Of a stretch of 64,000 nt of DNA, positions 28,904-36,803 are shown piece after piece (position 1 is the first letter of the stretch; the number at the start of each line of letters is the position of its first letter). Under the pieces are notes generated by a model. It did no database searches, was not told the DNA's origin, and worked only from the letters and a program-made list of their open reading frames with translations. Source of the stretch: Gemmatimonadales bacterium (GTDB lineage Bacteria > Gemmatimonadota > Gemmatimonadetes > Gemmatimonadales > GWC2-71-9); assembly GCA_041602035.1 (NCBI GenBank), contig JBFIHA010000004.1:71888-135887 (forward strand), given 5' to 3'. A program made the translations under genes and the position numbers.

Positions 28904-29884
28904 TCAGTAGCTGAGCAGCCTCCGCGCCGTTTCCACGATCGCCTCGGTCTGGGGAAGCACGAAGTCTTCGAGCGGACCTGAGAATGGCAGCGGGGCATCG
29001 TGGGCCGTGACTCGCAGCACCGGTGCATCCAGCCATTCGAAGCCCTGCTCGTTCACCCGGGCGGTGATCTCACCGGCAAGGCCACCGGTGCGGGTGTCCT
29101 CATGAACGATCAAGAGTCGGCTGGTCTGCCGTACCGAAGCCATGATGGCCGCGTCGTCCATGGGCAACAGCGTGCGCAAGTCGATCACGTCCACCGAGAC
29201 CTGGTCCTCCCGTTCGAGGATCTCGGCAGCCTCCAGCGCCTTCCACACCATGGCCGACCAGGTCACCACCGTCAGGTCCCGCCCCTCACGAACCGTTCGG
29301 GCCATGCCGATCGGGGTGAGGACCTCCGGATCGTCCGGAACGTCCTCCTTGATGCGTCGATAGAGAAATTTGTGCTCGAAGAAGATGACCGGATCCTCGT
29401 CACGGATCGATGCCTTCAGCAGACCTTTGGCGTCCGCCACGGACGCGGGGCTCACGAGCTTGAGGCCCGGCGTGTGAAAGAACGCGGCCTCGGGCATCTG
29501 TGAATGGAATGGACCACCCCGCACGTAGCCGCCGGATGGGCCGCGAATCACGATCGGTGTCGAGAGTCCGGCGCGGTATCGCGCGGTCGCGACATAATTT
29601 GTGATGATGTCGTACGCACAGGAGATGAAGTCGATGAACTGCATCTCGGCTACCGGCCGCAGGCCCATGTGGGCAGCTCCGGCCGCGGCCCCGACGATCG
29701 CCGCCTCGCTGAGCGGCGTATCGATCACTCGCTGTGCGCCGAACCGCTCCTGGAATCCCTCAGTCAACTTGAAGGCGCCGCCGTACTGACCGATGTCCTC
29801 TCCCAGGAGGAACACTCGCTCGTCGCGCTCCATCTCCTCCCACAAGCCTTGTCGCAGGGCTTCGAGGTAGGTCAGCGAGGGCAC
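28904..29884 (-). CDS. 2-oxoacid dehydrogenase E1 component beta subunit
   Basis: 326 aa. YLEALRQGLWEEMERDERVFLLGEDIGQYGGAFKLTEGF is typical of the transketolase-like E1-beta family. Confidence 0.92.
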   Translation of the reverse strand: MPSLTYLEALRQGLWEEMERDERVFLLGEDIGQYGGAFKLTEGFQERFGAQRVIDTPLSEAAIVGAAAGAAHMGLRPVAEMQFIDFISCAYDIITNYVATARYRAGLSTPIVIRGPSGGYVRGGPFHSQMPEAAFFHTPGLKLVSPASVADAKGLLKASIRDEDPVIFFEHKFLYRRIKEDVPDDPEVLTPIGMARTVREGRDLTVVTWSAMVWKALEAAEILEREDQVSVDVIDLRTLLPMDDAAIMASVRQTSRLLIVHEDTRTGGLAGEITARVNEQGFEWLDAPVLRVTAHDAPLPFSGPLEDFVLPQTEAIVETARRLLSY

Positions 29885-29935
29885 GGCGGCTCCGCGGGCC
29901 TCATCGGCTCACGGCGAGCCCGGCGAGACAACGGT

Positions 29936-30151
29936 TCACGAGACGATCGTCGCGCTGTAGCCGGCGGTCTGGACAGCCGTCACCAGATCCTGCAGACCGG
30001 TCCGTCTCGGGTCGAAATCGACCTCGGCGGTCTCCGCCCCCAGATCCACCTGCGTCGCGAACACGCCCGAGACGTCGCTGAGGGCCCTCTCGACCTTCTG
30101 ACGGCAATGGTTGCAGGTCATACCGGTGATGTGGAGCTGTGCCGTTGCCAT
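29936..30151 (-). CDS. copZ: Heavy-metal-associated (HMA) copper chaperone
   Basis: 71 aa. ITGMTCNHCRQKVERAL contains the GMTCxxC motif. Confidence 0.88.
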   Translation of the reverse strand: MATAQLHITGMTCNHCRQKVERALSDVSGVFATQVDLGAETAEVDFDPRRTGLQDLVTAVQTAGYSATIVS

Positions 30152-30204
30152 GGGATTCCGTCCGTCCGAGTGAACCCGTGAGAAGACGTGGGGACCCGCG
30201 ACCG

Positions 30205-30495
30205 TCAGTACGCGCCCCGCGCCAGGTGGCCTGGCTCCACACGGGCATGGAGCACGGTCAGAAACCGCTTTCCCACCTTGTCCGCCTCGCTTTCGCCCAC
30301 CTGATCGGTGTGCAGCGTCACGAGCGTGTAGTGTCCTCCCTCGGCTTCGACCTTGACCGTAATGGTGCCGATGGTCCCGCTGAACGTCCGGAGCCGGTTC
30401 CGGGACTCACCCGGCGCCAGGCGCTCGCCGAAGTAGCGATCGGCCTCCGCAATTACTTCATCGGGGCTCATCGTCGTACGATGGAAGTAGCGCAT
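30205..30495 (-). CDS. Hypothetical protein (96 aa) between copA and copZ
   Basis: ORF with high GC3, packed between copA (3-nt gap) and copZ. No recognised motif. Confidence 0.45.
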   Translation of the reverse strand: MRYFHRTTMSPDEVIAEADRYFGERLAPGESRNRLRTFSGTIGTITVKVEAEGGHYTLVTLHTDQVGESEADKVGKRFLTVLHARVEPGHLARGAY

Positions 30496-30498
30496 TGA

Positions 30499-33051
30499 TC
30501 ATGTCATCTGGGTTGGTGTGAACGCCCGGAGTCGCAGGCTGTTGCCCACGACGCTCAGGCTGGATGCTGCCATCGCCGCGCTCGCGACGATCGGACTGAG
30601 CAGGATCCCCGTGAACGGATACAACACCCCGGCGGCGAGCGGGATCCCCAACACATTGTACACGAAGGCAAAGAACAGATTACCGCGAATGGTCCGCATG
30701 GTGCGTCTCGACAGCTCGATGGCTGCGACGACGCCGTTCACGTCCCCGCGGATCAGCGTGATATCGGAGGCCTCCACTGCCACGTCGGTGCCCGTCCCCA
30801 AGGCGAACCCGATGTCGGCCTGGGCGAGTGCCGGGGCGTCATTGATCCCGTCGCCGACCATCGCGACGACTCGTCCGCCCTCCTGCAAACGCTTGATTTC
30901 GTCCGTCTTGTCCCGAGGGTCCACTTCAGCGATCACGCGGTCGATGCCGACCTCTTTCCCGACGAGGCGCGCCGCCACCTTGCTGTCACCACTCAGGAGC
31001 ACGACTTCGAGGCCCATGTCCTTGAGCCGGCTGACCGCCCCCTTCGCCCCGGGCTTCAGCTCGTCGGCGATGATGATCGCGCCCTGTACCGTGTCGTTGA
31101 CCACCACGATCGCGGGCGACCGTCCCGCCAAGATGTGGCGCTCCACCTCCTGTTCCAGGGAGCCCAGTGGCAGGCTCCGCTCACTGGCGTGACGCACGCT
31201 GATAACCTCGACGAGGAACTTGCCGACGATCCCGCGCGCGCCCCGCCCTTCCATCGCCACGAACCGCTCCACCGTCGGCGTCTCGAGGCCCTTCGCGCCG
31301 GCAGCGTGAACGATGGCGGAGGCCAACGGGTGCTCGGATCGCGCCTCGACGGCGGCGGCCAGGCGTAGCAACTCGTCCGGAGCCACGATGGACCCGTCTT
31401 TGCGCCTCGCGCCAAGCACCTGCGTCACCACCGGCTCGCCCACGGTGATGGTACCGGTCTTGTCGAACACCACGGTCTCGATGCGCCGTACGGTCTCGAG
31501 CGCCTCACCACCGCGGATCAGAATCCCGTGCTCCGCCCCCTTGCCGGTTCCCACCATGATGGCCGTCGGGGTCGCCAGACCAAGGGCGCAGGGGCAGGCA
31601 ATGACCAGGACCGTCACGAGCGCGACCGTGCTGTACACGGCCTTGGGGTCCGGCCCCAGAATCCACCAGACGACGAAGGCCGCGATGGCGATGGCAATCA
31701 CGATGGGCACGAAGATGCCGGCCACAGTGTCTGCCAGCCGCTGGGCCGGTGCCTTGGTGCCCTGCGCCTCCTCCACGAGCCGAACGATCTGGGCCAGCGC
31801 GGTATCTCGACCGACCGCGGTAGTCTCGTACATGAACGACCCCGTGGTATTGACCGTACCCCCCACGACCGTGTCGCCCGCCTTCTTCTCGACCGGCAAG
31901 GGCTCACCCGTCAGCATCGCCTCGCTGACACTCGATTCGCCCGACCGCACGATGCCGTCCACCGGCAGCGTCTCTCCGGGACGAACGATCACAAGGTCAC
32001 CGACCTGCACTTCTTCGATCGGGATCTCCACATCCTGGCCGGCACGCTGCACCCGCGCCGTCTTCGGACGGAGCCCGAGCAGGCGACGGATGGCCGCGGA
32101 CGTCTGCCCTTTGGCGCGCGCTTCCAGCAGCCGCCCGAGCAGGATCAGGGCGATGATGGCATTGACCGCTTCGAAGTAGACGTCCGCGGGGAGTCCCGCC
32201 CGCTCGAACACCCACGGGAGGAGCGTGGCCACCGACGAATACAGGAAGGCGGCCCCAGTGCCAACGGCGATCAACGTATTCATGTCGGCGCTACGATGCT
32301 TGGCCCCACTCCACGCACCACGGAAGAACTGCCACCCACTCCAGAACAGCACGGGTAGTGTGAGCAGCATGAGGCCGAGCTTGAGGCCGACGGGGTTCAC
32401 CTCGGCGAAGGCATACAGCGAGGGGAGCAGATTCCCGAGCGTCTGGTTCAGCGGTTGCATCAGCCGCATGACGAGATCGTGCTCCTTGGCCCCCATGACC
32501 CCCATGAGCGGCATCGATCCCACCATGGTGAGCAGGGCCGCCACCGCGGCCACGGCAAACTTGAGGGCGAGCTGACGGACCTCGGCCTGTCGTTTGAGCC
32601 GTTCTCGCTCGACCGGGTCTTCTGCGGCCACGGGCTCAGCTACCGTGAAGCCCGCCTCCGACACCGCCCGTTCGAGCTCCTGGGCGGTCACGAGGCCGGG
32701 GACGTACTCCACCCGCACGTGCTCGGTGGCCTGATTCGCCACCGCGGACAGCACTCCGGGGAGCGCCGAGAGACCGCTCTCGAGACGGCTTACGCCCGTG
32801 GCATAGTGCAACCCCTCGACGCCAAAGCTCACCGTAGCCTTGGCGCAGTCATAGCCCGCCTCACGAACCGCCCGCACGAGATCCGCCACCTTCACCACCG
32901 AGTCGTCGATGGTCACCGTGGCCTTCCCCGTGGCGTAGTTCACCGCGGCATCGGTCACGCCGTTGGCTCGGGCCAGACGCTTCTGCACGGTCGTGGCGCA
33001 CGCCCCGCAGGTCATGCCCTCCACCGGAAGGGTGACTCGCGCCCTAGGCAT
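30499..33051 (-). CDS. copA: Copper-translocating P1B-type ATPase
   Basis: 850 aa. The N-terminal HMA domain has GMTCGAC. The second HMA-like domain lacks CxxC (GLHYATG). Also has CPC ([11 protein letters not shown]), DKTGT, and GDGINDAP. Confidence 0.95.
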   Translation of the reverse strand: MPRARVTLPVEGMTCGACATTVQKRLARANGVTDAAVNYATGKATVTIDDSVVKVADLVRAVREAGYDCAKATVSFGVEGLHYATGVSRLESGLSALPGVLSAVANQATEHVRVEYVPGLVTAQELERAVSEAGFTVAEPVAAEDPVERERLKRQAEVRQLALKFAVAAVAALLTMVGSMPLMGVMGAKEHDLVMRLMQPLNQTLGNLLPSLYAFAEVNPVGLKLGLMLLTLPVLFWSGWQFFRGAWSGAKHRSADMNTLIAVGTGAAFLYSSVATLLPWVFERAGLPADVYFEAVNAIIALILLGRLLEARAKGQTSAAIRRLLGLRPKTARVQRAGQDVEIPIEEVQVGDLVIVRPGETLPVDGIVRSGESSVSEAMLTGEPLPVEKKAGDTVVGGTVNTTGSFMYETTAVGRDTALAQIVRLVEEAQGTKAPAQRLADTVAGIFVPIVIAIAIAAFVVWWILGPDPKAVYSTVALVTVLVIACPCALGLATPTAIMVGTGKGAEHGILIRGGEALETVRRIETVVFDKTGTITVGEPVVTQVLGARRKDGSIVAPDELLRLAAAVEARSEHPLASAIVHAAGAKGLETPTVERFVAMEGRGARGIVGKFLVEVISVRHASERSLPLGSLEQEVERHILAGRSPAIVVVNDTVQGAIIIADELKPGAKGAVSRLKDMGLEVVLLSGDSKVAARLVGKEVGIDRVIAEVDPRDKTDEIKRLQEGGRVVAMVGDGINDAPALAQADIGFALGTGTDVAVEASDITLIRGDVNGVVAAIELSRRTMRTIRGNLFFAFVYNVLGIPLAAGVLYPFTGILLSPIVASAAMAASSLSVVGNSLRLRAFTPTQMT

Positions 33052-33469
33052 GCTTGTCGTGTCCCTTCCCGAGATTTGCCCGGGCCCCCTCGCGTCCGAT
33101 CTGTGCCACCACGCGTCCCCTCAGCACCGACTTGCCGCAGCGGAACGGGTAGTCCCCAGCCGCCGTCGGAGTGAACTCGACCGCCGTCGTCTCGAAGGCC
33201 GCCAAGGCGTGATCGATTCCGAGTGTCTCGAAGACGACGCGCTCAGAGCACTCCGCCGTCTCGTCACGATGGAAGAGGAGGCGTACCGGGCGGCCCGCCT
33301 CCACGAAGATGGTGTCCGGATCGTATCCGTCCCTGACCAGCACCCGGATCTCCTGCACGTCGCCGGATCGAGCGGGGCGCTCCGGCCCGGGCCGGGGCCC
33401 GAGGAAGTACCACAACTCACCGGCGATAAGGGCGACGCCGAGGACGGCGACGATGACGTCCCCTATCAC
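33044..33469 (-). CDS. Membrane-anchored cupredoxin-like domain protein
   Basis: 141 aa. N-terminal TM helix. The C-terminal part (...[15 protein letters not shown]...) resembles the cupredoxin-like proteins often found upstream of copA. GTG start overlaps the inositol-phosphate synthase stop (GTGA). Confidence 0.6.
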   Translation of the reverse strand: MIGDVIVAVLGVALIAGELWYFLGPRPGPERPARSGDVQEIRVLVRDGYDPDTIFVEAGRPVRLLFHRDETAECSERVVFETLGIDHALAAFETTAVEFTPTAAGDYPFRCGKSVLRGRVVAQIGREGARANLGKGHDKHA

Positions 33470-34797
33470 GCCTTCTCGTACTCGTAGTATTCGATCCCGA
33501 GGTGGGTGATCTGCTCCTCACCCATCATCCAACGCAGGGTGTTCTTGAGTTTGGTGTGTTGGATGAACAAGTCGTGCTCGGGCGTGAGGCTGGGGGCCGC
33601 CATCGGGCTCTTGAAGTAGAACGACAGCCACTCCTGAATGCCGGCCAAGTCCGCCCGTTGTGCCAAGTCCATGAACAGCGCCAAGTCGAGCACAATCGGA
33701 GCGGCAAGGATGGAGTCGCGGCATAGGAAGTCGATCTTGATTTGCATCGGGTATTCCAACCACCCGAAGATGTCGATATTGTCCCACCCCTCCTTGTTGT
33801 CCCCTCGCGGCGGGTAGTAGTTGATGCGGACCTTGTGGTAGATGTTCCCGTAGAGATCGGGGTACATCTTCGGCTGCAGGATGTGCTCCAGCACCCCGAG
33901 TTTCGACTCCTCCTTGGTCTTGAACGACTCGGGATCGTCCAGCACTTCCCCATCGCGGTTGCCGAGGATGTTCGTCGAGTACCAACCCGACAGGCCAAGC
34001 ATGCGCGCCTTGAGCATCGGGGACATGACGGTCTTCACCATCGTCTGTCCGGTCTTGAAATCCTTGCCGGCGATGGCGACCCCTTCTCGCTCTGCCAGTT
34101 CTTGCAGCGCCGGCATGTCGACCGTCAGGTTGGGAGCACCGTTCGCAAACGGAACCCCTTCCATGAGACTCGCCCACGCATAGAGCATCGACGGCGCGAT
34201 CGCGGGGTCGTTCTGCTCCATTCCCCGCTCGAACGCGGCGAGCGACTGGTGCACGGCACCTTGTTGGATGAAGATCTCGGTCGAGGCACACCACACCGTG
34301 ACCAGCCGGTCACATCCGTGCGTGCTCTTGAATTGCCGCAGGTCCTCGCGCAGCTGCTCGGCCAGGTCCCGCTTGGTCTTGCCGGACTTCACGTTCGTCC
34401 CCGTCAAGCGCTTGACGTACTGCTGGTCGAACACGGCCGGCATGGGTTGGATCGACGTGAGGAAGTCCGCGATGGGTTCGATGTGCGGCGCATCGAGCAC
34501 ACCCGCCACCTTGCTCGACTGATAGCCATCGTCGGGAATCGGGTCCCACGCGCCGAACACAAGACTGTCGAGCGGGGCCAGGGGAGCGAAGTCCCGGATC
34601 AGCGGCGCCCGCCCTTCGGTGCGACGCCCGAGACGAATCGTCGCCAACTGGCTGAGCGCGCCGATCGGCTTGGCCCGGCCCTGGCGCACGTTTTCCACCC
34701 CCGCAACGAAGGTCGTGGCCACGGCGCCCAACCCCACGAGCATCACACCCAATGTGCCGTCCGCCGGCCGGATCGGCCGCTGCAATCCCTCAGTCAC
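33466..34797 (-). CDS. ino1: myo-Inositol-3-phosphate synthase (bacterial/archaeal type)
   Basis: 443 aa. Starts GVMLVGLGAVATTFVAG. The overall sequence is characteristic of the MIPS family (NAD-binding Rossmann start; conserved ...SGWYSTNILGNRDG...). Confidence 0.85.
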   Translation of the reverse strand: MTEGLQRPIRPADGTLGVMLVGLGAVATTFVAGVENVRQGRAKPIGALSQLATIRLGRRTEGRAPLIRDFAPLAPLDSLVFGAWDPIPDDGYQSSKVAGVLDAPHIEPIADFLTSIQPMPAVFDQQYVKRLTGTNVKSGKTKRDLAEQLREDLRQFKSTHGCDRLVTVWCASTEIFIQQGAVHQSLAAFERGMEQNDPAIAPSMLYAWASLMEGVPFANGAPNLTVDMPALQELAEREGVAIAGKDFKTGQTMVKTVMSPMLKARMLGLSGWYSTNILGNRDGEVLDDPESFKTKEESKLGVLEHILQPKMYPDLYGNIYHKVRINYYPPRGDNKEGWDNIDIFGWLEYPMQIKIDFLCRDSILAAPIVLDLALFMDLAQRADLAGIQEWLSFYFKSPMAAPSLTPEHDLFIQHTKLKNTLRWMMGEEQITHLGIEYYEYEKA

Positions 34798-35488
34798 TTC
34801 CAGGTCCTTTCTTTGACGACGTCTTCATGACCACCGGTCGGGCGAATCGTGCCTGCGTGCGGCGGGCCACCCGGCGAGTGGCCCGATAGACGTGCGCAAT
34901 TCGCTGTCCTACCGTGATGACCGCGAGCAACGCGAGTATCCCCACCACACCGAGCAGCAACAGGCCATCTGGGCCCGCACCAAAGAACAGCGTCGGCACG
35001 CCGAGCCCGAGGATGCGCTCCGCACGCTGTGCGATTCCCACCTTGCACTCCAGCTCGAGCCCTTCCGCGCGTGCGCGCGCGTACGAGACGATCAGACCTG
35101 CGGACAATGCCGTCAGCGCGCCCAGCAACGCGGGAACGCGTAGTGCATCGGTCACACCACCAGTGACGAAGTAGACGGCGATCCCAGTGAACAACGCGGC
35201 CTCGCCCACTCGGTCCAGGGTGGAATCGTAGAACGCGCCGAACTTGCTGACCGCATTGCTCCCCCGGGCGACGCGGCCGTCCAGCATATCCATCACACCG
35301 CTGAGCAGGAGGAGAAACCCTCCGAGGTTGACGGACCCGACGCCGAAGGCAACGCCCGAGCCGATGAGGATCAGGGTACCCAAGGTCGTGAGCACGTTGG
35401 GGCTGACCCCCGCCGCGATGAGGCGCGACACGAAGGGATCGAGTGCAGCCTCGAATCCTCGTCGGACAGGGCGTGGAATAATCGTCAT
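34790..35488 (-). CDS. CDP-alcohol phosphatidyltransferase (candidate phosphatidylinositol-phosphate synthase)
   Basis: 232 aa polytopic membrane protein. Has the motif D-G-x2-A-R-x8-G-x3-D-x3-D (DMLDGRVARGSNAVSKFGAFYDSTLDRV). Overlaps the MIPS gene by 8 nt. Confidence 0.8.
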   Translation of the reverse strand: MTIIPRPVRRGFEAALDPFVSRLIAAGVSPNVLTTLGTLILIGSGVAFGVGSVNLGGFLLLLSGVMDMLDGRVARGSNAVSKFGAFYDSTLDRVGEAALFTGIAVYFVTGGVTDALRVPALLGALTALSAGLIVSYARARAEGLELECKVGIAQRAERILGLGVPTLFFGAGPDGLLLLGVVGILALLAVITVGQRIAHVYRATRRVARRTQARFARPVVMKTSSKKGPGSD

Positions 35489-35506
35489 GGGTCGCGTTCA
35501 GAGCAG

Positions 35507-35536
35507 CTAAGAATAACGGCCGCAACGGACTGCGGC
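35507..35536 (-). terminator. Intrinsic terminator-like hairpin after namZ
   Basis: On the minus strand: GCCGCA-gtccgt-TGCGGC followed by CGTTATTCTT. Confidence 0.45.
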
Positions 35537-35585
35537 AATTCTGCCGTCCCGGTCCCCCCCTCCGCCAGTCCGTGCTTTGGGGAGG

Positions 35586-36803
35586 TCAGCGGTACAGCAG
35601 GACATCCCTCCGATCGACGAGAAATTGATCCAGGCGGGGGCCCCACTCGGCCATGAGCTGATCGGGCGGGCGGCCAGCGAGCAGGCCATCCCATACCAAC
35701 GCGGTGCCGAGCAACTGGGCCAGCCTGTGTTCGTTGACCGCCAGCGATTCCGGGTGCTCGCCCTGGATGGCGACCAGGAGGGCCACGGCAACCGCCACGG
35801 GGTTGTACCGCTGTCGATCGCGGGTCCGGAGCCGGACGGCCCGGATCGCCCGTTCGTCATACTTGCCGTCGGGTGGCGCCTCGGGGACCACGATGGTATC
35901 GGTGACGAGCACCCCGGGCCGGGACCCGAGCCGAGCGATGACCTTGGCGGCATCGAGCCATGGGGCGCCAATGACCTGAAACGCCACCGGTGTGCCACGT
36001 CCCACTGACAGGTTCGTGGCCTCGAACAGCACCGTTCCCGGATAATGGGTAGCGCTCTCCAAATCGGGCATGCTCGGAGATGGCTTTACCCATGGGAGTC
36101 CGGTCTCATCGAACCACAGGGAGCGGCGCCAGCCGTCGGCAGGCACGACGATCAGATTCGCCCCGATGCCGAGCTGCTGGTTGCCGAGCCGCGCCAGTTC
36201 GCCGAGCGTTAGCCCGTGGCGCATCGGCACCGGGAGCATACCGACGAACGAGACGTAGGCACTTTCCAGCAGCGGGCCCTGCACGACATCTCCGCCGATC
36301 GGGTTCGGCCGATCCAGCAGTACCACCGGAATGCCGGCCGCGGCACACGCACGCATGGCCAACAACGTGGTCGAGATGTACGTGTACGGGCGCGCCCCGA
36401 TATCCTGCAGGTCGACCAAAAGGACATCGATCGGCTCGAGCATGACCGGTGTCGGCTCCCGCACTTCGCCGTAGAGGCTGAACACCGGAATGCCGGTTGC
36501 CGAATCGATGCCGTGGCCAATGTCTGGCCGATCCAGTACGCCGCGGTAGCCATGCTCCGGCGTGAAGATTGCGGTAACTTGCGCGTCGGAGGCGACGAGA
36601 CGATCGAGATCGCTCGCCCCCGCGGCGTCCACGCCGGTCTGGTTGGTGAGCAGGCCGACCCGACGCCCCGCAATCAGGTGCAGGGAGTCGTCGAGCAAGA
36701 CCTGAATGCCGGGACGCACCGTCGCTGACGAGCCGTGCCCGGCCGAACACCCCGTCCCGACGAGGGCAACGAGTAGGAACCCGAGGAAAGACCGCCGATG
36801 CAT
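35586..36803 (-). CDS. namZ: DUF1343 / NamZ (YbbC)-family exo-beta-N-acetylmuramidase, lipoprotein
   Basis: 405 aa. MHRRSFLGFLLVALVGTGC signal with lipobox. GLLTNQTGVD...IFTPEHG...DIGARPYTYISTL...LDRPNP is typical of DUF1343. Confidence 0.8.
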   Translation of the reverse strand: MHRRSFLGFLLVALVGTGCSAGHGSSATVRPGIQVLLDDSLHLIAGRRVGLLTNQTGVDAAGASDLDRLVASDAQVTAIFTPEHGYRGVLDRPDIGHGIDSATGIPVFSLYGEVREPTPVMLEPIDVLLVDLQDIGARPYTYISTTLLAMRACAAAGIPVVLLDRPNPIGGDVVQGPLLESAYVSFVGMLPVPMRHGLTLGELARLGNQQLGIGANLIVVPADGWRRSLWFDETGLPWVKPSPSMPDLESATHYPGTVLFEATNLSVGRGTPVAFQVIGAPWLDAAKVIARLGSRPGVLVTDTIVVPEAPPDGKYDERAIRAVRLRTRDRQRYNPVAVAVALLVAIQGEHPESLAVNEHRLAQLLGTALVWDGLLAGRPPDQLMAEWGPRLDQFLVDRRDVLLYR

